DNA from: Octopus vulgaris
Taxonomy: Eukaryota
Length of the DNA stretch: 64,000 nucleotides
Direction: 5' to 3'
Assembly (NCBI GenBank): GCA_951406725.2
Contig: OX597817.1
Location: 165,354,001-165,418,000, forward strand
The stretch's first letter is position 1, and each line of letters opens with the position of its first letter. A program made the position numbers and the translations under genes. Positions 1 to 10,487 of the stretch are shown here, piece after piece. The notes under the pieces are model-generated. The model made no database searches, was not told the DNA's origin, and was given only the letters and a program-made list of their open reading frames with translations.

Positions 1-454
1 TGAAGTCAATTATGAAAATGTGGGGGGAGGGGGAAGAATTGAAAAGAATGAAGTGGAAGTGGATTAAGGACTCTTGTTTACTCAAGATCCGTTTTAAGGT
101 AACATAGAAGTATAATAAATGAGGAGATGAGGTAAAAGTGGTTATTCAAATGGAAATATGAAGATTAAGTTATATATATATATAATAGAAGTATGTTTCA
201 AAGAGAGAAATAAACTACACGTGGTAGATATATGGGGAAAGTAACAAGAAAAAAGCGAAAATGCACATTGGGTATAAAAAAAAATAGAAGCTTTTTTAAT
301 GAAAAGTAACGATAAATATAAACAATTAAATGATCTGAGGTAGAATTAAGAGGAATAAAAGTCATTATTTTTAATTGTTAAAGGGATGCAAAGTCATACC
401 GGTTTCGTCAATTGCTGTTGACTGGCTTTATCAACAATAATAGTAATTATTATT

Positions 455-672
455 ATTGTTTCTACTTGAAGCACAAGGCCTTAAAAATTTTGGGTGAAGG
501 GGGCTAGTCGATTACATCGATCTCAGTGCATAACTGGAACTTATTTCATCGACCACGAAAGGATGAAAGGCGAAGTCGACCTCAGCGGAATTTGAATTCA
601 GAACGTAGCAGCAGAGAAATACCGCTCAGCATTTAGCCCAGCATGCTAACGATTCTGCCAGCTCGCCGCCCT
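455..672 (-). mobile_element. tRNA-derived SINE, family A (head GGCGGCGAGCTGGCAGAA; central GTCGACTTTGCCTTTCATCC...AAGTACCAG, Meta-domain-like)
   Basis: Reverse complement matches more than 20 other copies in the window. Confidence 0.85.
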
Positions 673-673
673 C

Positions 674-743
<70 letters not shown>
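674..743. repeat. (TAA)n microsatellite, left target of the Dong-like element
   Basis: Pure TAA run; a second TAA run follows at ~1906-1932. Confidence 0.95.
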
Positions 744-745
<2 letters not shown>

Positions 746-747
<2 letters not shown>

Positions 748-1726
748 TCTCGAAATATCGAATGACTGGATGCTAAAGCTCGTGGAAAATCACGAGAGAC
801 GAAAGAAGCTTCATTCTATCATCAAGGAAAGCAAAAAATTTGCTATTGATCTCGTGCAGGATACCCAAACTGAACAACCCGAGGGAAGTACGGCAACTAT
901 TGTTGCAAAGAAGGTGAAAATGATGGCAATGAAAAAAGCGCACGAGCAATTGGCTGATAGGTGGGAGGAGAAACCTCTGCACGGCAAATATGTGACCCGC
1001 AGCAAACAAGCTGATGTTGACCAGAAGCAAACCCATCAGTGGCTGCGGAGCTCAGGGCTAAAAGCAGAGAGCGAAGGTTTCATCCTGGCTGCTCAAGACC
1101 AAAGCCTATCAACCCGGAACTACCAGGCCAATGTGATGAAAAATGGAGCAGACCCAAAATGCCGATTCTGCAACGACATGATTGAAACAGTGGACCACCT
1201 AATCTCTGGATGTAAAGTCTTAGCACCAGTGGAGTATAAATTAAGACATGACAGAGTTGGCCAATATCTCCACTGGCTAATAAGTCGGCATTACAATATC
1301 AAAACTGCCGACAAGTGGTATAATCACCACCCTGAGGCTGTAACTGAAGGAGAAAATGTAACGATTCTGTGGGACTTTCCAGTACATACAGACCGAACCA
1401 TCAAGGCCAATAAACCAGATATTGTTGTGAAAGACCAAAACAATAAAGTTTGCTTATTGATCGACATGAGCATCCCCTGTGATCATAATATCTCAGCGAA
1501 AGAGTTTGACAAGCTCAGAAAATATAAAGACCTACTCATTGAAATTGAGAAAATGTGGCATCTCAAGGCGGTTACAATACCAGTGATCGTAGGAGCACTA
1601 GGAATGATCAAGAAGGGAACCGAAAATTATATGAGAATGATCCCTGGCTTACCATCCCTGCAAGAAGTGCAAAAGATTGTCTTAACTGGTACATCACACG
1701 TATTGAGAAGAGCATTGTCGATGTGA
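746..1726 (+). mobile_element. 5'-truncated R4/Dong-like (RLE-type) non-LTR retrotransposon, uninterrupted C-terminal ORF (CCHC zinc knuckle + restriction-like endonuclease)
   Basis: ORF 770-1726 is open from ~746. It has CRFCNDMIETVDHLISGC (CCHC), RHD, KPDIVV...LIDMSIP and EFDKLRKY, then IPVIVGALG. The RT domain is missing. A 3' UTR runs to ~1905 and (TAA)n flanks both sides. Confidence 0.9.
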
Positions 1727-1947
1727 GAACTGTTGCTGCTCATCCATTTTAATTTAACTTAAAAAAAAAAAAAAAAAAAAAAAAATAACGAACTACTGAG
1801 TTTGGTTTAATGGCCTACCAATATACACTATGAGTTTCTTTGCCCTAGGAGTCGGGAAGACACTCGGCAAGAAATGGAAGAAAATTTGAAAGAAGAAAAA
1901 AAAAGTAATAATAACAATAATAATAATAATAACATACAGCTTTACAT

Positions 1948-2033
1948 AGACCTACACATGTTTCAACTGCACCGATTAGTAACCGTTGTAATTGCAACCC
2001 TACTATAACATTAGTGCAGTTTCCTCAGGGTCT
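1948..2033 (-). ncRNA. Type I hammerhead ribozyme with canonical core
   Basis: Minus strand reads AGACC-CTGAGGA-AACTGCAC-(loop)-GTGCAGTT-GAAA-CATGT-GTA^GGTCT. Stem I is a perfect 5 bp, stem II a perfect 8 bp, and stem III is minimal. Confidence 0.8.
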
Positions 2034-2954
2034 TCACTTTAATATTCTTCGATCTAACCGTTTAAGGTTTTTCGTTTATTTACTCTGCGTTGTAGGAGGT
2101 AGAGTTGTCTGTTAAGTTAGACGCGAACCGTCCTCAGTTCAGATTTTGATTGGATAATCACTTATATACATACGACAGGCTTCCTTTCATTTCCCGTCTA
2201 CCAAAACCCAAAACTATCAAATTCACAAATCCACTCGTATCACTTTGATCATCCCAGGACGGACAGTAGACCAAGGTGCCCCATAAAGGGACTGAAACCG
2301 AAACTACGTGCTTCTATGCATATACATATTCAGTCTCTCACACACATCCGATTATTTATAATATGTATGAGTGTGTGTGTGTGTGTATGTGTGTGTGTAC
2401 GTGCGTGCATATGTGTGTGTATGTGCGTGTGTGTATGCGTGCGTGTGTGTGTGAGCATGCGCGTGTGTGTTTGAGCATGTGTGTGTGAGCATGCGTGTGC
2501 GTGCATGCATGCAAGTGTCTGTGTGTGTGTATCCGTGCCTATGTGCGTATGTGCGTGCGTGCATGTGTGTGTGTATATGTGTGTATGTGCGTGTGCGTGC
2601 GTGTGCGTGTGTGCGTGCGTATGTGCGTATGAGTGTTTGCGTATTAGTGTGTGTGTTGGTGTGTGTGTGTTGGTGTGTGTGTGCGTGCATGTGTGCGTGT
2701 GCGTGTGTGTGTTTGTGTGTGTGTATGTATAAGGACGCGTGTTATGTGTAGATATCGATATATTTGTTTAAATAGTCAGTTGTGTTCTTTTTTTTGGTGG
2801 GGGGGGGGTCCTTGTCTCATCCGATATTTTTTACTAAAATGCTGTCTCGATCTACTTTCTAAGTGGGTCCCGACGTCAGATGAGAGAGCATGGAGAGGGT
2901 TCGAGTAAACAACTGATAGGAGAGAAAGAAATTGGCCGTCAAACATCCTGGACT

Positions 2955-3005
<51 letters not shown>

Positions 3006-3141
3006 GAGACAGAGAGAGAGAGAGAGATGACAGAGAGGTTGATGTAGGACGTAAACAGAGCCTGAGAAGTTACTCTCACACACAGATTTGAGAAAAAGGA
3101 AGAGATAGAAAAGGAAAGAGGAAGAGATAGAGAAGGAAAGC

Positions 3142-3173
<32 letters not shown>

Positions 3174-3400
3174 GAGAGGAGGAGAAAGATAAGGTAATAT
3201 TTGGAAGACTTGGAGTGTTTCAAAGAGGGAAAAAGGTAAGAGCCAACATGAGTGATTACAAGGCAAACCTGAAGCAGGGGAGAAGTACTTGAGGAGGATA
3301 TTACCTGAAAAACAACCGAACCCTTATCGGTGAATTCATTTGATTGTTTATGTAATTATCTCCTTGAAATTAACTTATGGTACTCTCTCACCCGACCTAC

Positions 3401-3439
3401 CCTCTCTCTCTCTCTCTCTCTCACTATCTGTTCGACTGC

Positions 3440-3493
<54 letters not shown>

Positions 3494-3502
3494 GTTCGAC
3501 TG

Positions 3503-3542
<40 letters not shown>

Positions 3543-3568
3543 ACTATCTGTTCGACTGCCTCTCTCTG

Positions 3569-3611
<43 letters not shown>

Positions 3612-3621
3612 GTTCGACTGC

Positions 3622-3653
<32 letters not shown>

Positions 3654-3690
3654 GTCTTCTCTCTCTCTCTGTCTTTCTCTCTCTTTCGCC
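3401..3690. repeat. (CT)n-based higher-order minisatellite
   Basis: CACTATCTGTTCGACTG recurs four times (~3422, 3486, 3542, 3604) within (CT)n. Confidence 0.85.
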
Positions 3691-3879
3691 CTTTGTCTTA
3701 TCGTTTATCAGTTCGTCATTCGGTTGTTTCAAAATTTTCTTTGTTATACATACATACATACACACACACACACACGTGCATACACACACATATAGACACA
3801 TACAGAGACATACAGAGACATACATATGCATACATATACAATCATACATACAAACATATATATATATATATATATATAT

Positions 3880-4105
3880 ACTCTTTTACTCTTTTACTCT
3901 TTTACTCTTTTACTTGTTTCAGTCATTTGACTGCGGCCATGCTGGAGCACCACCTTTAGTCGAGAAAATCGACCACAGGACTTATTCTTTGTAAGCCCAG
4001 TACTTATTCTATCGGTCTCTTTTGCCGAACCGCTAAGTGACGAGGACGTAAACACACCAGCATCGGTTGTCAAGCAATGCTAGAGAGACAAACACAGACA
4101 CACAA

Positions 4106-4146
<41 letters not shown>

Positions 4147-4160
4147 TATGACAGGCTTCT
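3880..4160 (-). mobile_element. SINE family B (CORE-like), 3' portion
   Basis: Matches the full copy at 57315-57733; ends in a (GTAAAAGA)n tail. Confidence 0.85.
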
Positions 4161-4323
4161 CATATATATATATATATATATATACCCACGCCATACATAC
4201 ACAAAGAGACACACACACCCATTTCTTGAAACGTACATATATTATCACATGTATGTACACACCAGCACTGACACGTGCACTCATACACATATATATATAC
4301 ACGCATACTTACTCATGAAAAAA

Positions 4324-4354
<31 letters not shown>

Positions 4355-4629
4355 CATTTTCTTCGCTTGTTTACTTTCTTCCGTCTAATCGTTCAGTTAC
4401 TTTAATCGTGTGAAATTTAGCGACTAACATCAGTCTGTCTGTTTGTCTTGCCACTCTCTCCACCCCCACCCCCAACTAAATCACCAACGCTTTATATACA
4501 CATGCGTATTTTTGCGCGTACAGGTGTGTGTGTGTATGTGTGTGTATGTTTGTATACATACATGCATACATACATATAAATAAGTACATACATATAGATA
4601 TATACATATAAATATATACATACATATAC

Positions 4630-4661
<32 letters not shown>

Positions 4662-5011
4662 GTATACGCATCTGTGTGTTTATATGTGTGTGTGTATATA
4701 TATATGTGTATATACATGTATATATGTATATGTTTGCATATGTATATATACATATATACATATATACATACACACACAAACATATATATATATATATATA
4801 TTTATATATTTACACACTCACACATGTATATACATACATACATCTATACATATATACATATATGTATATATATATATATATATATCAGCCGAAATTACTA
4901 CGATGATCGGTTCTTGACTGAAGACTGAGGTTTCGAATGTCCTGTCCGTGTTTATTGTATCGTCTTCTAAGAGTTATACGTTCTTGTCCATGTTGTATTT
5001 TTCTACATACC

Positions 5012-5079
<68 letters not shown>

Positions 5080-5325
5080 TGCGCACGTGTGTATATAGGT
5101 GTACGTAAGTATGTACGCATGCATGTCTGTAGGTATGTATATACATATGTAGGTACGTTGCAATGCCACACAGCCTATTTATCTTACCTTAAATACTGTT
5201 ACAAAGTCCAATATTTACCTGAACAAACTTACACGTTTCAGCATCATTGTATTCAGTTTTATTATTTGCGTTCATCCCCTATACATAGGGAAAGATTAAT
5301 AGTTATGGATCCCTTAGAGCATTCT

Positions 5326-5657
5326 TTTCTACTCTTTTCTACAAGGCCCGAAATTTGGAGGCAGGGTGGCCAGTCGGTTATATCGACCCCAGTGCGTAAC
5401 TGGTGCTTAATTTATCGACCCCCGAAAGGATGAAAGGCAAAGTCGACCTCGGCGGAATTTGAATTCAGACCATAAATTCAGAGCGAAATATCGCGAGGCA
5501 TTTCGCCCGGCGTGCTAACGTTTCTGCCAGCTCGCCGCCTTATCCCTTTAAGCATTCTAAGGGGCCACAAGGCAGCGAGCTGTCAGAAACATTAGCACGC
5601 CTGGCGAAATGCTTAGCAGCCTTTCATCTGTCATTGGGCTCTGAATTCAAATTCCGA
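5326..5657. mobile_element. Head-to-head pair of family A SINEs
   Basis: Minus copy at 5326-5541 and plus copy from ~5570, separated by a palindromic spacer. Confidence 0.8.
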
Positions 5658-5659
5658 AC

Positions 5660-6032
5660 AATCAGTCCCACTGCGTGGCACCTTGGGCAAGTGTTTTCTA
5701 CTATAGCCTCGGGCCGACCAAAGCCTTGTTAGTGTATTTGGTAGACGGAAACAGAAAGAAGCCCGTCGTATATATGTATATATATATATGTGTGTGTTTG
5801 TGTGTGTGTGTGGGAGGGGGGTGCGCGCGTATATGTTTGTATATCTGTGCTTGTCCCCCAACATCGCTTGACAACCGATGCTGGTGTGCTTACGTCCCCA
5901 TAACTTAGCGGTTCGCCAAAAGGGACCGATAGAATAAGTAATAGGCTTACAAAGAATAAGTTCTGGGATCGATTTGCTCGACTAAAGGCGGTGCTCCAAC
6001 ATGGCCGCAGTCAGATAAAAGAGTAAAAGAGT
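5660..6032 (+). mobile_element. SINE family B (5'-truncated)
   Basis: CAGTCCCACTGCGTGGCACCTTGGGCAAGTG ... internal microsatellite ... GGCCGCAGTC and tail. Confidence 0.85.
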
Positions 6033-6744
6033 AATACTCTAACAATTTTCTCAGTTCTTAATAATTGGTCTTGTGCCGGTTTTCTTGGCGTATAGGTTCG
6101 TCGCAGGTGAGCTGCAAGATGCAGGAGAAAAGAGTGAGAGAAAGTTGTGACGAAACAGTCAGCAGAAGTTCACCATTACCTTCTGCGGGAGCAATGTGGA
6201 GCTTAGATGCTTCGCTCATAAACACACACATCACCCGGTCTGAGATTCGAACCCACGATCCCTCACTTCGCCCGGCGCTCTAACGATTCTGTCTAATCGC
6301 CGCCTTATCAAATAATGGTTTCCAATTTTAGCACAAGGCCCAAAATTTGGGTAAGTCGATTACATCGTCCTCGTACTCAACTGGTACTTAATATATCGAC
6401 CCCGTATGTGTGCGTGTGTGTGTGTGAATGTGTTTGTGTGTCTGTGTTTGTCCCCCCCCCCCCACCATTGCTAGACAGCCGATGGTGGTGTGTTTATGTC
6501 GCCGTATCTTAGCAGTTCGGCAAAAGAGAACCCATAGAATAAGTACTAAGTTTCAAAGTATAGGTCCAGCGGTCGATTTGTTCCATGAAAATCGTTTCAA
6601 TGCGGTGCTGCAGCATGGCCGCAGCCAAATACTTGAAACAAGTAAAAGATAAAACGCAAAAAAACTAACCTAGCTAATCGTTAAAAAAGACGAGACCGTC
6701 ACGGTTGGAACGAGTTTCGATCAGTTCGATTTTAAGGTTGGCTT

Positions 6745-6767
6745 CATCACCACCATCCACCACCACC

Positions 6768-6836
<69 letters not shown>

Positions 6837-7029
6837 ATTTGCGTCGATGTTATCCGAAACCTTGGCCGCAATTACAAAGGGAACTATTCATTGACCAACC
6901 ATAACTGCCAGTCGTTTATCAGTCATCATACTTTAACCTTATATGTCACTCAAACACACTTGAAATGTGAATCATCACCATACGCCCCTTCACCCCCCAC
7001 CCCCATCCACGCTCCTGCTCATCGTCATT

Positions 7030-7067
<38 letters not shown>

Positions 7068-7610
7068 TACCATTATCATTTTTCTTACCAGTATCACAAA
7101 CGTGACTACGACGACGACTATGACGATTACCACGACAACCACAACGACCACCGCCGCCGCCGCCGCCGCCATTGTTCCATCATCATGACCAACAATAACT
7201 ACACCGCTGCCAACGCCACCACTACCACGATCTACGCCCCACCACCACCACCACCACCACCACCAATACCAATACCTCCATTGTCACTACTACTACTACT
7301 ACTGCTCCTTCAACTGCCACTACTGCCGTCACTACTACTACCACCACCACCACCACCACCACCACCACCACCAATACTACAGCCACCACAACTATCACAA
7401 CCGCTCCCATCACTACCACTGTCAGTACGAACTCCAATAACAACACCACGAACATCACCACCAAAGACACACTCCATGACGACCGCCACCACTTCCAACA
7501 CTACCCGCTACCATCACCACCACCACCACCAACACCACTACATCTAACACCACCATCGCCACCACATCACCAAATGTCAACAGCAACAATATCAACAACA
7601 ACAACAGTTA
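6745..7610. repeat. Compound trinucleotide low-complexity block (CAC/TAC/TGC/CAT)
   Basis: Seen directly; it explains the spurious poly-T/H/P ORF 6705-7547. Confidence 0.9.
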
Positions 7611-8087
7611 ATATAACCCTTGACCTGTTTAATATTCCAAAAAAACAATGCAGCTGGTCAGATCTTATCATGTCAGGTTTCGACAGTCATTTGGAGCTAG
7701 AGTTGTTATGATTTGAGGGAAATTTGGTTGTTATTTCTAAATTGATTAGCAATTTCTCAGACACTTTTCTTGTCGGTTCGTTATTAATTTTGCTGTTGTT
7801 GTCTATACGTTCTGAATTCATATTTCGCCGAGGCCAACTTTGCCTTTCATCCTTTTGGGGGTCGATAAATTAAGTACCAGTGAAACACTGGAGTCAATGT
7901 AATCAACTAAGCGAGTCGGAAAAAGCGCTAAGTGGCATTACATTCGGCTCTTTACTTTCTATGTTCAAATTCTGCCGACGTCGACTTTGCCTTTCACCAT
8001 TTCGGTGTAGATAATATCAGTACCAGCCAAATACTGGGGTCGAGATAATCGACTAGTCTCTTCGCCCCAAATTTCAGACCTTGTATC

Positions 8088-8925
8088 ATAGGTAGCGAGT
8101 TGGCAGAAACGTTAGCTCGCCGGGCGAAATACTTAGCGGTATTTCGTCTGCCGTTACGTTCTTGAGTTCAAATTCCACCGAGGTCGACTTTGCCTTTCAT
8201 CCTTTCGGGGTCGATAAATTAAGTACCAGTTACGCACTGGGGTTGATGTAATCGACTTAATCCGTTTGTCTGTCCTTGTTTGTCCCCTCTGTGTTTAGCC
8301 CCTTGTGGGTAGTAAAGAAATATATAAGTAAAGAAATAGGTATTTCGTCTGCCGTTACGTTCTTGAGTTCAAATTCCACCGAGGTCGACTTTGCCTTTCA
8401 TCCTTTCGGGGTCGATAAATTAAGTACCAGTTACGCACTGGGGTCGATATAATCGACTTAATCCGTTTGTCTGTCCTTGTTTGTCCCCTCTGTGTTTAGC
8501 CCCTTGTGGGTAGTAAAGAAATATATAAGTAAAGAAATAGGTATTTCGTCTGCCGTTACGTTCTTGAGTTCAAATTCCACCGAGGTCGACTTTGCCTTTC
8601 ATCTTTTCGGGGTCGATAAATTAAGTACCAGTTACGCACTGGGGTCGATATAATCGACTTAATCCCTTTGTCTGTCCTTGTTTGTCCCCTCTGTGTTTAG
8701 CCCCTTGTGGGTAGTAAAGAAATATATAAGTAAAGAAATAGGTATTTCGTCTGCCGTTACGTTCTTGAGTTCAAATTACACCGAGGTCGACTTTGCCTTT
8801 CATCTTTTCGGGGTCGATAAATTAAGTACCAGTTACGCACTGGGGTCGATATAATCGACTTAATCCCTTTGTCTGTCCTTGTTTGTCCCCTCTATGTTTA
8901 GCCCCTTGTGGGCAATAAAGAAATA
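8088..8925 (+). mobile_element. Tandem tetramer of SINE family A (one head, four 201-bp bodies)
   Basis: Units begin GGTATTTCGTC at 8138, 8339, 8540 and 8741. Confidence 0.9.
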
Positions 8926-9152
8926 AGAATCTTTGGTACATCGGAAAAAATGTTCAGCAACATTTCGTCTGTCTTTAAGTTCTGATTTCAAATGCCGCTG
9001 TGGTCAGCTTTGCTTTTAATCCCTTCGGTATCCATAAAATAAATACCAGTTGAGCACTGAGGTCGCTGGAATCGACTTCCTCTTCTCCAAAATGTTAAGC
9101 CTTACAGCTATAGTAAAAAGGACATTATCATTGTCATTATTCTTGTGGTGTG

Positions 9153-9445
9153 AAGGCGCGTGGCTTAGTGGTTAGGGCATTCGGCTCTCGATTGTAAGGT
9201 CGTGAGTTTGATTCCCGGCGACGCGTTGTGTCCTTGAGCAAGACACTTTATTTCACGTTGCTCCAGTCCACTTAGCTGGCAAAAATGAGTAGTACCTGCA
9301 TTTCAAAGGGCCAGCCTTGTCACGCTGAATCTCCCTGAGAACTACGTTAGGGGTACATGTGTCTGTGTACCCGTTAATTTCACGAGCAAGCTGTTCCGTT
9401 GATCGTATCAGCTGGGACCCTCGTCGTCGTAACCGACGGAGTGCT
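9153..9445 (+). mobile_element. tRNA-derived SINE family C
   Basis: A box TGGCTTAGTGG and B-box-like GTTTGATTCCC, followed by GTGTCCTTGAGCAAGACACTT. Confidence 0.8.
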
Positions 9446-9891
9446 CCATTCTTGTGGTGATGATCATGTTAAGCCTCAGAGCAGAATTGCGACCAAATGT
9501 TGCCTATCATGACCTTCCATTTCATTCCTATGGCTATATTTGGTCTCTACTTCTAATATTTCATGCGTCCACGTCCCTAATATTGATAGAGCTGGCAGAA
9601 TCGGTGAGAATACACAGCAGTATCTCTTCCGGTTCTTTATCTTCTGAATCCAAATTGTAGTGAAATCGACTTTGTTTTGCATCCGCCCGGGTTCGAAAAA
9701 ATAAGTATCAGTCAAGTACTGGGATCGATCTAATCGATCCTTCAGCCACTGAGATTGATAACCTCGTTCTAAAATTAGAGACCATTATTGATTGTCGTTG
9801 GTGATTGGTGTTGCTTTGCAGCTTTAAATGTGCCTTGATCGAGCAAACCTATGATCAAAGTCTTTCCAATGATGTGTTTATGTGTGTTTAT

Positions 9892-9970
<79 letters not shown>

Positions 9971-10399
9971 GTTACATTTGCAAATATGTTCTTCATAAGC
10001 AACAGAAGCGACACTAACAATTTCATGCTTTGACGAGACGACAACGAGTATGATAATGATGACGGTGATGATGATAACGACGACGACAATGGTAATGACG
10101 ACGATGATGATGATGGTGACGACGACAATGATGATGATAATGATGACGATGGGATAATGATGATGATGGGATAATGATGATGGTGATGACGATGACGTTG
10201 ATGATGGCAATGATAATAGTGATACTGGCGACGACGACGAAGAAGAAGAAGAAACAAGAAGAAGAAACAAGAAGAAGAAGAAAAAAGAAGAAGAAGAAGA
10301 AGAAGAAGAAGAAACAAGAAGAAGAAGAAGAAAAAGAAGAAGAAGAAGAAGAAGAAGAAGAAGAAGAAGAAGAAGAAGAAGAAAAAGAAGAAAGAAAAA

Positions 10400-10487
<88 letters not shown>

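Noticed and set aside
2050-2145. Second CTGAGGA...GAAA hammerhead candidate on the minus strand
   Set aside because: Stem II is out of register and there is no stem I.
3401-3690. 17-nt motif repeated about every 60 bp (CRISPR-like spacing)
   Set aside because: The intervening sequence is (CT)n; this is a minisatellite.
6705-7547. 280-aa ORF with poly-T/H/P
   Set aside because: Made almost entirely of trinucleotide microsatellites; only a 30-aa island is noted separately.
8138-8925. Regular repeats resembling a CRISPR array
   Set aside because: Whole 201-bp units repeat with no unique spacers and there are no cas genes; they are SINE bodies in a eukaryote.
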